IMG/VR virus record: IMGVR_UViG_3300044842_000203
Location: 32,001-96,000 of that record
DNA from: a virus
Taxonomy: Duplodnaviria > Caudoviricetes
Strand: one strand, 5' to 3'
Length of the DNA stretch: 64,000 bases
Shown: positions 17,002-25,405 of the stretch, piece by piece
Position numbering within the stretch: the stretch's first letter is position 1
Layout of the letters: each line of letters opens with the position of its first letter
Notes under the pieces: generated by a model
The model's database searches: none
The model's input: only the letters and a program-made list of their open reading frames with translations
Told to the model about the DNA's origin: nothing
Made by a program: the position numbers and the translations under genes

Positions 17002-19167
17002 ATGTCTAGGCGCGTCGGCTACAGCCCGGCGATCACATCCGAGCAGACTTTCGGCGACTGGTACAACGAGCGTCGTTTGTTGCTGAACCCTTGGGTTGCG
17101 GGTGCGGTCGTCGGGGCGGTCGGCGTGGGCAACTCGCTCATGTTCCCCTTGTGGCCGCACACCATTCTGTGGGTAGCAGTCGCTTCCCTACTGCTGCTCA
17201 TTTGGACAGTGACGCTTACCCACGCACCGCAGCGTTTGTTCTACCGGATATTCATCGCCGTGGGGGCGGCGTGGATGTTCCTTCTGCAAACGCACTGGGC
17301 GGCCGAGCATTGGCGGGCCTTCGTCGTCGGATGGTTCATCGCCACCTCATTGGGATGGATCGGCTATTGGACTGATCAACGGGAGCGGTACAAGGTACGG
17401 GTCCAGGCCGAGCACGACAGTTGGCCTGGTTTGGCGTCCATGCTGGGCATCCCGAAAGCGTGGATGTCACAAAAGGTGACCACGGCCACCGGATGGACCC
17501 AACGCCTGTCGTGGCCACAAGGCACCTACACCCTCTCCCAGATCAAAGGCATGCAGGAACGCCTAGAGGGCGCGCTGAATGTGCCCGCGGGGCAGCTACG
17601 ACTCAAGCCCGTGCGCGACGACGACGACAACATCAACCCCAACGCCATCGAATTGGAGGCCAACACGAACTCCCCCCTGCGCAAACAGCCACTGCGATTC
17701 GACGCACCCACCATGCGCTCGATCTGCGACCAGATGTACGTGGGTAACTACGAGAACCACGAACTGCTGAACGTTCACTGGTGGCACCCCGAGTACGGCG
17801 GTATCCACACGCTGGCCGCGGGCGCCACCCGTTCCGGCAAGAGTGGTTTGTACCGGCTGATGCTGGGCGAGACCGCACCGTGCGACGACGTGGTGCGCCT
17901 CGGCATCGACGCTAAGGGTGGCATGGCACTGCGGCCGTGGGCGCCGCTGTTCGAGTGGCTGGTGTGTGGCCGCTCGGGCCCGGCAGTCGCGGAAACGATC
18001 GCGATGCTGGAGTGGCTAGACGGGGTTATCGACTACCGCTCCACGTACGCGGCGGAGCGCGGCTGGGATGTGTGGAAGGTCAGCCGCCGCCACCCACTGA
18101 TCATCCTTTACATCGACGAGGCCAAAGAGGTGCTGGGCCTCAAGGTCGACAAGTTCCACGCGCTGAGCCTGGTGGAAAAGATCGGCACCATGGGCGCGGG
18201 GGTCGGCGTGCTGCTGTGCGCCGCCACCCAGTATCCGACGATTGAGGCCATCGGATCCAGCCAGATCCAGGCGAACATTTTGCGCCGGTTCTGTTTCCGC
18301 GTGGAGCGCACCAACCACCAGCACGTGATCCTGCCCGACGCCACGGGTATCGACGCGACGTTCCCGGACAAGCCGATCGGGCCGGCGGGGGCGGGCTGGT
18401 GCTTCTTCTCGGACATGGGTTCGATGAAGCCGATTCCGTTGCGGGTGCGGGATCTCAAGCCGGAGCAGGTGTACGAGATTGTCGATTCGTACTACCACGT
18501 GCGCTGCCCGGTGGATGTGGGCACGGCGACACAGCCGGTGCGTCGAGAGGCCTTCGAGGCGCGTAGGCGGTGGACGATGCGTGATCTTCACCGGCCGGAG
18601 TCCTACGGCGATTTGGACGCTGGCGAGTGGTCGGACGAGGCCGACGAGATGGGCGCACGGGACGACGACACCGTGCCTGTGCCCACCCAGCAGAACGTGA
18701 CTGAAAACGTGACTCAGGGCGTGACTGAGACCGTGACTAACAGCGTGACTGAAAGCGTGACTAACGGAAAGGAGCAGGTCGTGACTAGTACAGGAGATCC
18801 GACCACGGTCATCATCGACGGGCAGGAAATCACCGGCGTGCGGGTTCCACTGCGGGACCTCGTGCATCCGCGCAACGCAGCGGATGCGGCGGCATTGCGT
18901 CAGGCCCAGGAGGCGTTCGCGGCGCAGCAGGCCGAGTGGCCGACGGAGATGGCCGACAAGGCGTTCTGGTTGACGTTGCAGACGGCAGGCGACGCCGGGG
19001 TAACCGCGGCGACGTTGATGGCCGCGTGCCACCGCAAGGCGTCGTGGGTGCACGAGCGGATGCACTCAGCCCGGATGTCCAAGCGGGTGGTCGAGGTGGA
19101 AGGTAAGAAGTCTTACTACAAGTTGGCTCCGGGTATGCCAATCCCCGAGCTTGCTAACGCTGTGTAG
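17002..19167 (+). CDS. traB: TraB conjugative DNA translocase (FtsK/SpoIIIE family)
   Basis: N-terminal TMs, Walker A AGATRSGKS, GIDAKGG, Walker B ILYIDEA, ATQYP, and a C-terminal winged helix (…RKASWVHERM…SYYKL). Confidence 0.88.
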   Translation: MSRRVGYSPAITSEQTFGDWYNERRLLLNPWVAGAVVGAVGVGNSLMFPLWPHTILWVAVASLLLLIWTVTLTHAPQRLFYRIFIAVGAAWMFLLQTHWAAEHWRAFVVGWFIATSLGWIGYWTDQRERYKVRVQAEHDSWPGLASMLGIPKAWMSQKVTTATGWTQRLSWPQGTYTLSQIKGMQERLEGALNVPAGQLRLKPVRDDDDNINPNAIELEANTNSPLRKQPLRFDAPTMRSICDQMYVGNYENHELLNVHWWHPEYGGIHTLAAGATRSGKSGLYRLMLGETAPCDDVVRLGIDAKGGMALRPWAPLFEWLVCGRSGPAVAETIAMLEWLDGVIDYRSTYAAERGWDVWKVSRRHPLIILYIDEAKEVLGLKVDKFHALSLVEKIGTMGAGVGVLLCAATQYPTIEAIGSSQIQANILRRFCFRVERTNHQHVILPDATGIDATFPDKPIGPAGAGWCFFSDMGSMKPIPLRVRDLKPEQVYEIVDSYYHVRCPVDVGTATQPVRREAFEARRRWTMRDLHRPESYGDLDAGEWSDEADEMGARDDDTVPVPTQQNVTENVTQGVTETVTNSVTESVTNGKEQVVTSTGDPTTVIIDGQEITGVRVPLRDLVHPRNAADAAALRQAQEAFAAQQAEWPTEMADKAFWLTLQTAGDAGVTAATLMAACHRKASWVHERMHSARMSKRVVEVEGKKSYYKLAPGMPIPELANAV
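18696..18786 (+). repeat. Array of 7 CGTGACT heptamers on a 12-bp grid
   Basis: GTGACT at 18697, 18709, 18721, 18733, 18745, 18757 and 18781, inside the traB linker. Confidence 0.9.
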
Positions 19168-19175
19168 CGGAGGGT

Positions 19176-19288
19176 TCTGGAGTCCAGAGGTCTCCGGAAG
19201 CCTCCGGAGAGTCGGAAAACGCGAGGCCACTCTAGGAAATCTGGAAAATCAGTCCGGAACCCTCCGGAGGTCTCCGGAAACCTCCGGG
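19176..19288. repeat. clt-like locus: TCCGGA repeats with 10-bp phasing
   Basis: TCCGGA at 19193, 19203, 19253, 19263 and 19273; variants at 19176, 19183, 19240 and 19283; directly after the traB stop. Confidence 0.75.
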
Positions 19289-19317
19289 CCGTCACGAACA
19301 GGAAGTGGTGACTACAG

Positions 19318-19638
19318 ATGGTGACGATGTGGCTCTTACAGCAGCCACCTCCCGAGCACACACACAGCAGCACTGCCGGGTGGGCGTTCCTGATCCTCAC
19401 CGGGGTGCTGTGGGTGGCCTACAAGTGCATCAAGGCCCAAATCAAGCCGATCAACCGCTGCGGCGACTGCCCCAAACCTGACGCCGAGGGCAACCGCAAA
19501 CGCTGCCGCACATGCGGCGACAAACCCGAGATCCTCAACCGCTGGGCGTACTGGCAGATGCGGGCCGGCATTCGCGTGCCCCGCGCCGAACGCCTGCCGC
19601 ACATCACACATCCACGGGCGGTGCCCAAGGATTGGTAG
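19318..19638 (+). CDS. Small membrane protein with CxxC...CxxC
   Basis: One TM helix then CGDC and CRTC; last gene of the transfer operon. Confidence 0.6.
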   Translation: MVTMWLLQQPPPEHTHSSTAGWAFLILTGVLWVAYKCIKAQIKPINRCGDCPKPDAEGNRKRCRTCGDKPEILNRWAYWQMRAGIRVPRAERLPHITHPRAVPKDW

Positions 19639-19664
19639 ACGCGAGATTCCGGTTCCCGCAACAC

Positions 19665-19703
19665 GACTGAGCCCCCGGCAAGGACGACGCCGGGGGCTCA
19701 GTC
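19665..19703. terminator. 15-bp perfect hairpin between convergent genes
   Basis: GACTGAGCCCCCGGC-9 nt-GCCGGGGGCTCAGTC. Confidence 0.75.
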
Positions 19704-19788
19704 ACATTCTCAGTCACGCTCGCGGGGGCGGCTCAGTCACGGGCAGAGTCACGTCGTCAGTCACGCTCCCCAGCTCAATCCAAGTCAC
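19700..19788 (-). repeat. Inverted array of GTGACT, mostly 12-bp spaced
   Basis: AGTCAC on + at 19700, 19712, 19735, 19747, 19759 and 19783. Confidence 0.85.
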
Positions 19789-20007
19789 AGCCGGCGGCTC
19801 GATCACAGTCGCGACGGGACGCACGTAAGCAAGTTGCAGCGGCGTGTGGCCGGGCAGCGTGACCCACTTGCGGAGGGCTTGTACGCCGGCCACGGTCTCG
19901 TTCTCAACGTCGGATACGAGGACCGCATCGAGCACGTCGGGGTCTAAGCCCACGGACCTCGCGGCCTCGTCATTGCGGGGTTCGATGATCACCCAGTAGT
20001 CAGCCAT
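19714..20007 (-). CDS. Hypothetical protein
   Basis: GAGAGG RBS; end of the leftward block. Confidence 0.55.
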   Translation of the reverse strand: MADYWVIIEPRNDEAARSVGLDPDVLDAVLVSDVENETVAGVQALRKWVTLPGHTPLQLAYVRPVATVIEPPAVTWIELGSVTDDVTLPVTEPPPRA

Positions 20008-20017
20008 CGGGGGCCTC

Positions 20018-20293
20018 TCAGTGGTGCCAGTAGTAGACGGTGCCGGGCGGCGGGGTGTGCCCCCCGTAGCAGTGGTCCATCACGTAGTCGCGGGCCGCCT
20101 GGAGCTGCGCATCGGTCAGAGCGAAGGTGTCTTCGTAGTGGATGCCGATACCGCAGCCGTGGTCGTCGGACGCGGGTGGCCAGCCGGTGGTGACACCGGC
20201 CGGGAGTGGTTCGGGCAGTGGGTTGTGGTGGCCGGCGAGCCCGAAGCCGAGTAGGAGGGCGAGCACAGCACCCACCACGGCGAGGATGCGCAT
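20018..20293 (-). CDS. Small secreted/membrane-anchored protein
   Basis: Hydrophobic N-terminal signal. Confidence 0.55.
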   Translation of the reverse strand: MRILAVVGAVLALLLGFGLAGHHNPLPEPLPAGVTTGWPPASDDHGCGIGIHYEDTFALTDAQLQAARDYVMDHCYGGHTPPPGTVYYWHH

Positions 20294-20296
20294 GGG

Positions 20297-20926
20297 TCAG
20301 CTCTCCGCAGTGCGGGCGGCGTTGTCGAGCACGTCACCCAGGAAAGCGGCCAGGGCAGGGCGGATGTCGCCAGAGTCGACGTCGATGCCGCGGTGCGCCC
20401 AGTGGGAGAGGATGCCGGAGATGTCCATGGCGATGGTATCGAGGTCGCTGTCACTGATGCCACTAGGCAGTGCTGCGGGACGGTCTGCGGGGAAGACGTC
20501 GACCACCTCGAAATAGCGGCGAACAGCAGCATCGCCGTGATCTTCATCCATCCAGTTGAGCGCTTCTACTCCTGCGTTAGGACCATCGAGCACTGCAACG
20601 ATGCTGGTGTCTTCGCCGGGCCGTTCACAGAGCAAGACGTGCACTCTGCGTCGTCCCAGGGCGCGGCTGATGCAGGTGTCGAGGTCGTCGTCGGAGTTTT
20701 GGACGAGGTCGAGTAGGTCGCGGGCTTTGGCCTCGCCGAATAGGCGGGTGGCTTCGGTTTGGAAGGCGGCAGCCACGCCGTCGATAGCTTGCCCGACATT
20801 GCTGTTGCGGGGGATGTCGAAGGGGTTGGGTACTGCGTCGCCGAAGGCGCGCATGGCGGAGTCGAGGGCGCGCAGGGGGATGAGTTCGGCGGGGTGGACG
20901 GGCTGATTGCGGGGGTCGAGTGCCAC
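20297..20926 (-). CDS. Hypothetical protein
   Basis: Motif promoter and GAGGAG before GTG 20926. Confidence 0.6.
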   Translation of the reverse strand: MALDPRNQPVHPAELIPLRALDSAMRAFGDAVPNPFDIPRNSNVGQAIDGVAAAFQTEATRLFGEAKARDLLDLVQNSDDDLDTCISRALGRRRVHVLLCERPGEDTSIVAVLDGPNAGVEALNWMDEDHGDAAVRRYFEVVDVFPADRPAALPSGISDSDLDTIAMDISGILSHWAHRGIDVDSGDIRPALAAFLGDVLDNAARTAES

Positions 20927-20947
20927 GGGATTCTCCTCACAGGCTTG

Positions 20948-20970
20948 CCGGAACAACCCCCACCATACCA
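20948..20970 (-). promoter_or_regulatory. GTTCCGG-motif promoter
   Basis: TGG-TATGGT-N7-GTTCCGG. Confidence 0.75.
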
Positions 20971-20993
20971 TCACTGTGTGGCTGCGCAACTCG

Positions 20994-21542
20994 TTAACCC
21001 AGTTGGACGCGTCGCAGATCCTCGAACCCCGAGCGGTACAGCTTGTGCGCCTGATTCATCACCCATTCCCACCGATTGAGCAACAGGCGCCGCGCGTTGG
21101 TTTGCGCGTCCTCCCAGGTGATGCGTTCACCGAAGCGGCGCACCACGCGAGCGAACATTTCCCGATCTGAACACGCGCCGTCGTAGGAATACTCCAGCGA
21201 CCGGGCGCGGTCGTAGCCGGGTTTGGTTTTCTCCACCCATAATGCTTCGCCGGTTTGTCCCGCGGCGCATGCCAGTAGCCAGTGCACGACCTTTTCGTCT
21301 TTCACGTCAATCATCTTGACGAAAAGATCTTCCTCAATGTCGATGCTAGTAACCCCCGACACTGACATGTCCTGTTTGCCGCCCACATGCAGCATCACCG
21401 ACATATCCGTCATCGGCAAACCGCCCAGGGCGGCCACCGTCATGTGGGATGCCTCGTGAACAGATGCGGCGGTCACCAGGTGGCGGGCCACCTCGTCACC
21501 GAAGTAGGAATGGCTCGGCAAATCAGCGTGGTAGCGGCTCAT
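20994..21542 (-). CDS. Second stand-alone M41/FtsH-like HExxH peptidase domain
   Basis: SVHEASHMTVA, AAGQTGE, GACSD, ARRLLLNRW. Confidence 0.65.
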   Translation of the reverse strand: MSRYHADLPSHSYFGDEVARHLVTAASVHEASHMTVAALGGLPMTDMSVMLHVGGKQDMSVSGVTSIDIEEDLFVKMIDVKDEKVVHWLLACAAGQTGEALWVEKTKPGYDRARSLEYSYDGACSDREMFARVVRRFGERITWEDAQTNARRLLLNRWEWVMNQAHKLYRSGFEDLRRVQLG

Positions 21543-21690
21543 GATGAATCACTGTTCCTGTCCATTACTGCCAGATTCGGTGGTGGACCGATCATCGGCG
21601 CCAGGGTCGTCGACGGGTGCCCTTACATCGCCATTAAGTGAAGGCTCGGGGAGGCGTTCAAGGTCATCGTCAGGGCTGCTCACAGTGCTC

Positions 21691-22068
21691 CTAGGTGAGG
21701 GTTTTGCGGTGCCATGTCATGCCGTGCGCGTCCAGCCACTCGCCGAGTTCGGCGGTGAGCTGATCGTGCAGCTCAACAGCGGTCTCCCCGTTGGGGCCGC
21801 GGTAGAACGAACCCGTGTCCCAGCACACCTCAGCTCGGCGAGCGCGGTTTTGCGAATCGACCAGGTACAGCAGAATCGCCAAATGCCCCTTGCCGCTAGT
21901 GGAGGCTTCCCGATTCTGCGGGGTGAGCAGGGTGACTTCCGGGGCGATGTCGCTGGGCGCCTCGTACCACTCGATGTTCTCGGGAATGTCGAGCTGGCGA
22001 GCACAGAACTCGCGCAGCTCGCGGAGGTGGGTGGGGTTGGCGATGTAGATGGTGGTGTCGAGGGTCAT
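21691..22068 (-). CDS. Hypothetical protein
   Basis: ATGA-coupled to the upstream gene. Confidence 0.6.
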   Translation of the reverse strand: MTLDTTIYIANPTHLRELREFCARQLDIPENIEWYEAPSDIAPEVTLLTPQNREASTSGKGHLAILLYLVDSQNRARRAEVCWDTGSFYRGPNGETAVELHDQLTAELGEWLDAHGMTWHRKTLT

Positions 22069-22499
22069 CCGGCGTCTCCGGGCATGAGGGTGAGCAGGTC
22101 GCAGTCAATGTCGAGATCAGATCCGAGGGCGCGGCATTCCTTGCAGCGCAGGTCGTAGCAGGCGCGGGGGTCGCGGCAGGGGGGTACGAGACTGTAGGTC
22201 CACTGGAGGTAGTCGTAGACCTGCTCGTTATCCAGCAGTAGTCGCATAGATCGCTGGCCAGGTGGATGGAGGTCGAGCACGAACGTGGCGCCCATACGCT
22301 GCGCGGACAGGTCGAGGTTGTTGACGTAGCGCAGTTGGGCGTCGGCGAAGGTGGCGCGATCAATGATCCAGCGCACCCAGCGGTCGTGCTGGTAGATGGC
22401 CAGGTGGATGGCCATGGGGAACAGCTCGGCGTTGTAGCAGAGTTTGATGGGCCGCTCGCAGCATGCGGTGGTGTCGAGGGCGAGTAGTGGTTTGCACAT
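22065..22499 (-). CDS. Hypothetical Cys-rich protein
   Basis: Motif promoter and GAGGAG RBS. Confidence 0.6.
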   Translation of the reverse strand: MCKPLLALDTTACCERPIKLCYNAELFPMAIHLAIYQHDRWVRWIIDRATFADAQLRYVNNLDLSAQRMGATFVLDLHPPGQRSMRLLLDNEQVYDYLQWTYSLVPPCRDPRACYDLRCKECRALGSDLDIDCDLLTLMPGDAG

Positions 22500-22515
22500 G
22501 GGAGTCTCCTCAAGG

Positions 22516-22538
22516 CCGGAACATGGCTAAGGGTATCA
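22516..22538 (-). promoter_or_regulatory. GTTCCGG-motif promoter
   Basis: TGA-TACCCT-N7-GTTCCGG. Confidence 0.75.
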
Positions 22539-22562
22539 CCACACGGGGCGGTGTTGGTGCGG

Positions 22563-23246
22563 CTAGCGGGTGGTCTTGCGCTGCGGGATGGGCAGGCCGA
22601 GGGTCGCCATGGCGGTGTGCCAGTTGATGGCTATTGCCCACTGCGCGGCGGCGAGGGTGACCTTGCGTTGGCACACGCCGTCGTGCAGCCAGCCCTCGAT
22701 GTCGTCTTTGGTGTTGCGGTACGGGGGGTTGGCGTTGGGGATGTCGGAGACCTGCGGCCAGAAGTTGGTGACGTCATCGGAGCCGCCGAGCCATAGGGGC
22801 ACGTCGTGGTCGAGTTCGGTCTTGGCGCGCTGGCTGGGGGGCACGCCGTAGGCGTGCATCGCCGCGGTTTTGAGCGCGTCGGTTTCGTCTTTGGGTGGGC
22901 GGATCGTTTGGGTCGACCAGGCGGGGTTGCAGATGGTTTGGTCGATGTTGTCTTGGGTGATGTCGGAGCGCACGGAGCCGGGGGTGCAGGCGCGCACCGG
23001 GAGACTGGGGTCGGCGCCGGTGGGTCGGACGCACAGGCTTGGGTAGGGCAGTCCGGTGACGTGGTTGCCGTTGGGGGTGATGGTGAGTACGCCGGGGTGG
23101 TCGTCGCGGTGTGCGGCGAGTTGGGCGTCGGTGGGTGGTGTGTTGATGCCGGCGTCGGGTGGTGTGGTGACGCGGAATGCGGGCGCCTGATTGGTACAGC
23201 CGGCGAGTAGAAGTGTGCAGCAGATGGTTAGTAGTGCGCGGCGCAT
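22563..23246 (-). CDS. Lipoprotein with HNH/His-Me-finger nuclease-like domain
   Basis: Lipobox LLAGC; ELDHDVPLWLGGSDDVTNFWPQ...NTKDDIEGWLH. Confidence 0.7.
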   Translation of the reverse strand: MRRALLTICCTLLLAGCTNQAPAFRVTTPPDAGINTPPTDAQLAAHRDDHPGVLTITPNGNHVTGLPYPSLCVRPTGADPSLPVRACTPGSVRSDITQDNIDQTICNPAWSTQTIRPPKDETDALKTAAMHAYGVPPSQRAKTELDHDVPLWLGGSDDVTNFWPQVSDIPNANPPYRNTKDDIEGWLHDGVCQRKVTLAAAQWAIAINWHTAMATLGLPIPQRKTTR

Positions 23247-23401
23247 GGTTGTCCCCCAGTTTGTTCGGCTCGCCAGGCGGCGAGCATGCGGATCCACAGT
23301 GGCGCATCATCGGCGGGGCGGTGGTTGCCCGCGCCGATGATGTCTAGCTCGAAATCGTCGATGGTGATGGCGAGGTCATCGGCTGCGGTCGCGGTGTTCA
23401 C
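23228..23401 (-). CDS. 57-aa protein resembling the RsdA anti-sigma sigma-binding domain
   Basis: GGAGG RBS; DDLAITIDDFELDIIGAG...DD...MLAAWRAE. Confidence 0.4.
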   Translation of the reverse strand: MNTATAADDLAITIDDFELDIIGAGNHRPADDAPLWIRMLAAWRAEQTGGQPCAAHY

Positions 23402-23558
23402 AGTGCCTCCGGTAGAGGTGACCGAGGGCGGCGATGACGAGCAGGCCGAGCAGGAAGTAGCCGCCGATGCAGACGAGTGCGATGGCGAGCACGGTGAGGC
23501 TGAGTGTTGCGACGCCATCGGCGGTTTTGCTGGCGGCCTTGCTGGTGAAGTAGATCAT
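23376..23558 (-). CDS. Small membrane protein
   Basis: Hydrophobic core; GAGGG RBS. Confidence 0.5.
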   Translation of the reverse strand: MIYFTSKAASKTADGVATLSLTVLAIALVCIGGYFLLGLLVIAALGHLYRRHCEHRDRSR

Positions 23559-23621
23559 CGTTGGTGGTCCCTCGGTTGCGGGTTGGTTACACCCGGTGTA
23601 TCGCGGCCGGAACAGGGCGCA

Positions 23622-23645
23622 TTACTTTGCAGCTACACAACTAGT
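23622..23645. repeat. 24-bp repeat copy 1 (operator-like)
   Basis: TTACTTTGCAGCTACACAACTAGT, identical at 34461-34484. Confidence 0.8.
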
Positions 23646-23821
23646 CGGTGAGTGCTCCCTCGGCAATCAACGCCCGGATCAGTTCGGCCATCGCGTCGGC
23701 GGCCACCTCAGCCTTGAGCCCGTAATCCCAGTGCCGCGTATCCAGCTCGTCGGCAACCCGCTCCCACGTCTTGCCGAAAGTGCCGTCCAGGGAACGCACC
23801 ACCTCAAGAGCAGCAGCGACG

Positions 23822-24205
23822 CTAATCATGGTGCTGCCTCCGCTTCTGGGCGTACCGCTCGTCGGCGCAGATCACCGCGTAGTCCTCCGAGCCGATCAGC
23901 TCAGCCAGTACCGACGTTTTCGCCCGCTCGTGCCCCTCGTCGGTGATACCGCCCGACTCGGTGATCGCCTCGTCGTCCTCGACGATGGTCTCGCGGTAGG
24001 CGTCGAGCACGTGCCCGACGTCGGTGAAGCAATACAACGCTTCGCTGCCCTCCGGCAGCGCGTCGACCGGCTTCAAGCCGAGCGGCTCGCCCGCGCCGTT
24101 CAGGCCGAACCGGCGCCACTTGCCCCAGCAGGGCACATAAACGTAGAAGCCCACGTGCTCGCCCTCTGGTATCCAACGAATCGCGGGCGGGTCGACGTAG
24201 CTCAC
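23822..24205 (-). CDS. Hypothetical protein
   Basis: Translationally coupled leftward ORF. Confidence 0.55.
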   Translation of the reverse strand: MSYVDPPAIRWIPEGEHVGFYVYVPCWGKWRRFGLNGAGEPLGLKPVDALPEGSEALYCFTDVGHVLDAYRETIVEDDEAITESGGITDEGHERAKTSVLAELIGSEDYAVICADERYAQKRRQHHD

Positions 24206-24576
24206 AGCTTCACCTCCGCGGGCGGGTCGAGCACAGTGAACCCGTTCTCCTCAGCAGCCGGGCGGTGCTGGGCGCAGATGCCGTGAAAAGCGTCGAAGTG
24301 AGGATTGCTGCTGACGGAACGACCATGCCGATATCCAGAGTCGTAGTAGCCGGCCGCGCAGCCAGTGCAGCGGCGAGACCAACGGCACCCCTCGGCGAGG
24401 GCGTCCCGGATGCGCTGCGGCCGACGACACAGATGCGCCAACCAATCGGCGTGCTTTGCGAGAGCGGCCTGTTCGCCGGGCAGCATCTCGGTGAGGATCC
24501 GTCGCTGTGCCTCGTCATCATTGCCTTCAATGATCAAGTTGAGCAGTTTGCCCTCGAATGAGATCGGCTCCTGCAT
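24202..24576 (-). CDS. Hypothetical protein with CxxC/CxxH
   Basis: GGAGGT RBS before ATG 24576. Confidence 0.55.
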   Translation of the reverse strand: MQEPISFEGKLLNLIIEGNDDEAQRRILTEMLPGEQAALAKHADWLAHLCRRPQRIRDALAEGCRWSRRCTGCAAGYYDSGYRHGRSVSSNPHFDAFHGICAQHRPAAEENGFTVLDPPAEVKL

Positions 24577-24926
24577 GGCGTTACCTCCATATTCGGTAGA
24601 TGGCCCGCGCGGTGAACACCCCCACCAGTGAGCAGAGGCACAGGGCGTTGGCGAAGGCCAGGAGCAGGGCAAAGGGGTAGCCAAGATCGGCGGGGGTGAG
24701 CATCAGTACAGCTTGCGGCGTCGACCCCCGGCATGCCCGATGGCGCGCACGGAGCGCCACTCCAGATACGCCCAGCCGAGGCAGATCAGGGTCGCCCAGC
24801 CGGTCACCGGGGAGTGCGAGCCGAAGATGAACCACACGATGAACAGCGCCAGGCCGGGCAGGAACAGGATGCGCAGGGCGAGGCCGAGCAGCGCGAACGG
24901 AAGTGTGATCAGGGCGCGGATGGTGT

Positions 24927-25403
24927 TCATGCCTCCCGCCTTCCGGTCAGGGGCTCGCCCCACACGTAGTCGATGCCGGCGTGGATGGCGTAGGTGATCC
25001 AGCGGATCAGGGTGGTGCACACGGTGACGAGCACTGCCCAGGCGGGGATACCGGCCAGGGACCACAGGGCCATGTCGTCGCGAGTGTGGATGCGGCCAGT
25101 GTGCTTAGCGAGCAGCGCGGCGGTGACCATGCAGCCGACGAAACCCACAGCGAGGAACACCACGAACGTGAGGTTGATGGCGATATCCAGCGGAGTGGGG
25201 GCGTCGGGCCACCGTCGGTCGGGGTACCACTCGTCGCCGCAGGTGCGGCAGTAGTAGTAGGCGATGCCGATGTTGCGGTCGTCCTCGTGCCCGGTGAATG
25301 CCTCGTAGCATTCGGGGCAGTCGCGGCTGATGTAGCCGTTGTCGCGGCACTCATCTTCGGTGAGGATCGGGTCGGGGGCGCGGTCGCGGAGTAGTCCGAG
25401 CAT
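24927..25403 (-). CDS. Zn-ribbon plus 2-TM protein
   Basis: CPEC...CRTC followed by two hydrophobic helices. Confidence 0.5.
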   Translation of the reverse strand: MLGLLRDRAPDPILTEDECRDNGYISRDCPECYEAFTGHEDDRNIGIAYYYCRTCGDEWYPDRRWPDAPTPLDIAINLTFVVFLAVGFVGCMVTAALLAKHTGRIHTRDDMALWSLAGIPAWAVLVTVCTTLIRWITYAIHAGIDYVWGEPLTGRREA

Positions 25404-25405
25404 GG

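Noticed and set aside
18696-19812. CRISPR array
   Set aside because: Repeats are 6-7 nt with 10-12 bp periods; no 25-40-nt repeat-spacer structure and no cas operon (the Cas4-like nuclease sits in the replication block)
12000-20000. Autonomous integrated AICE/plasmid
   Set aside because: No integrase, excisionase, Rep or flanking att repeats recognised
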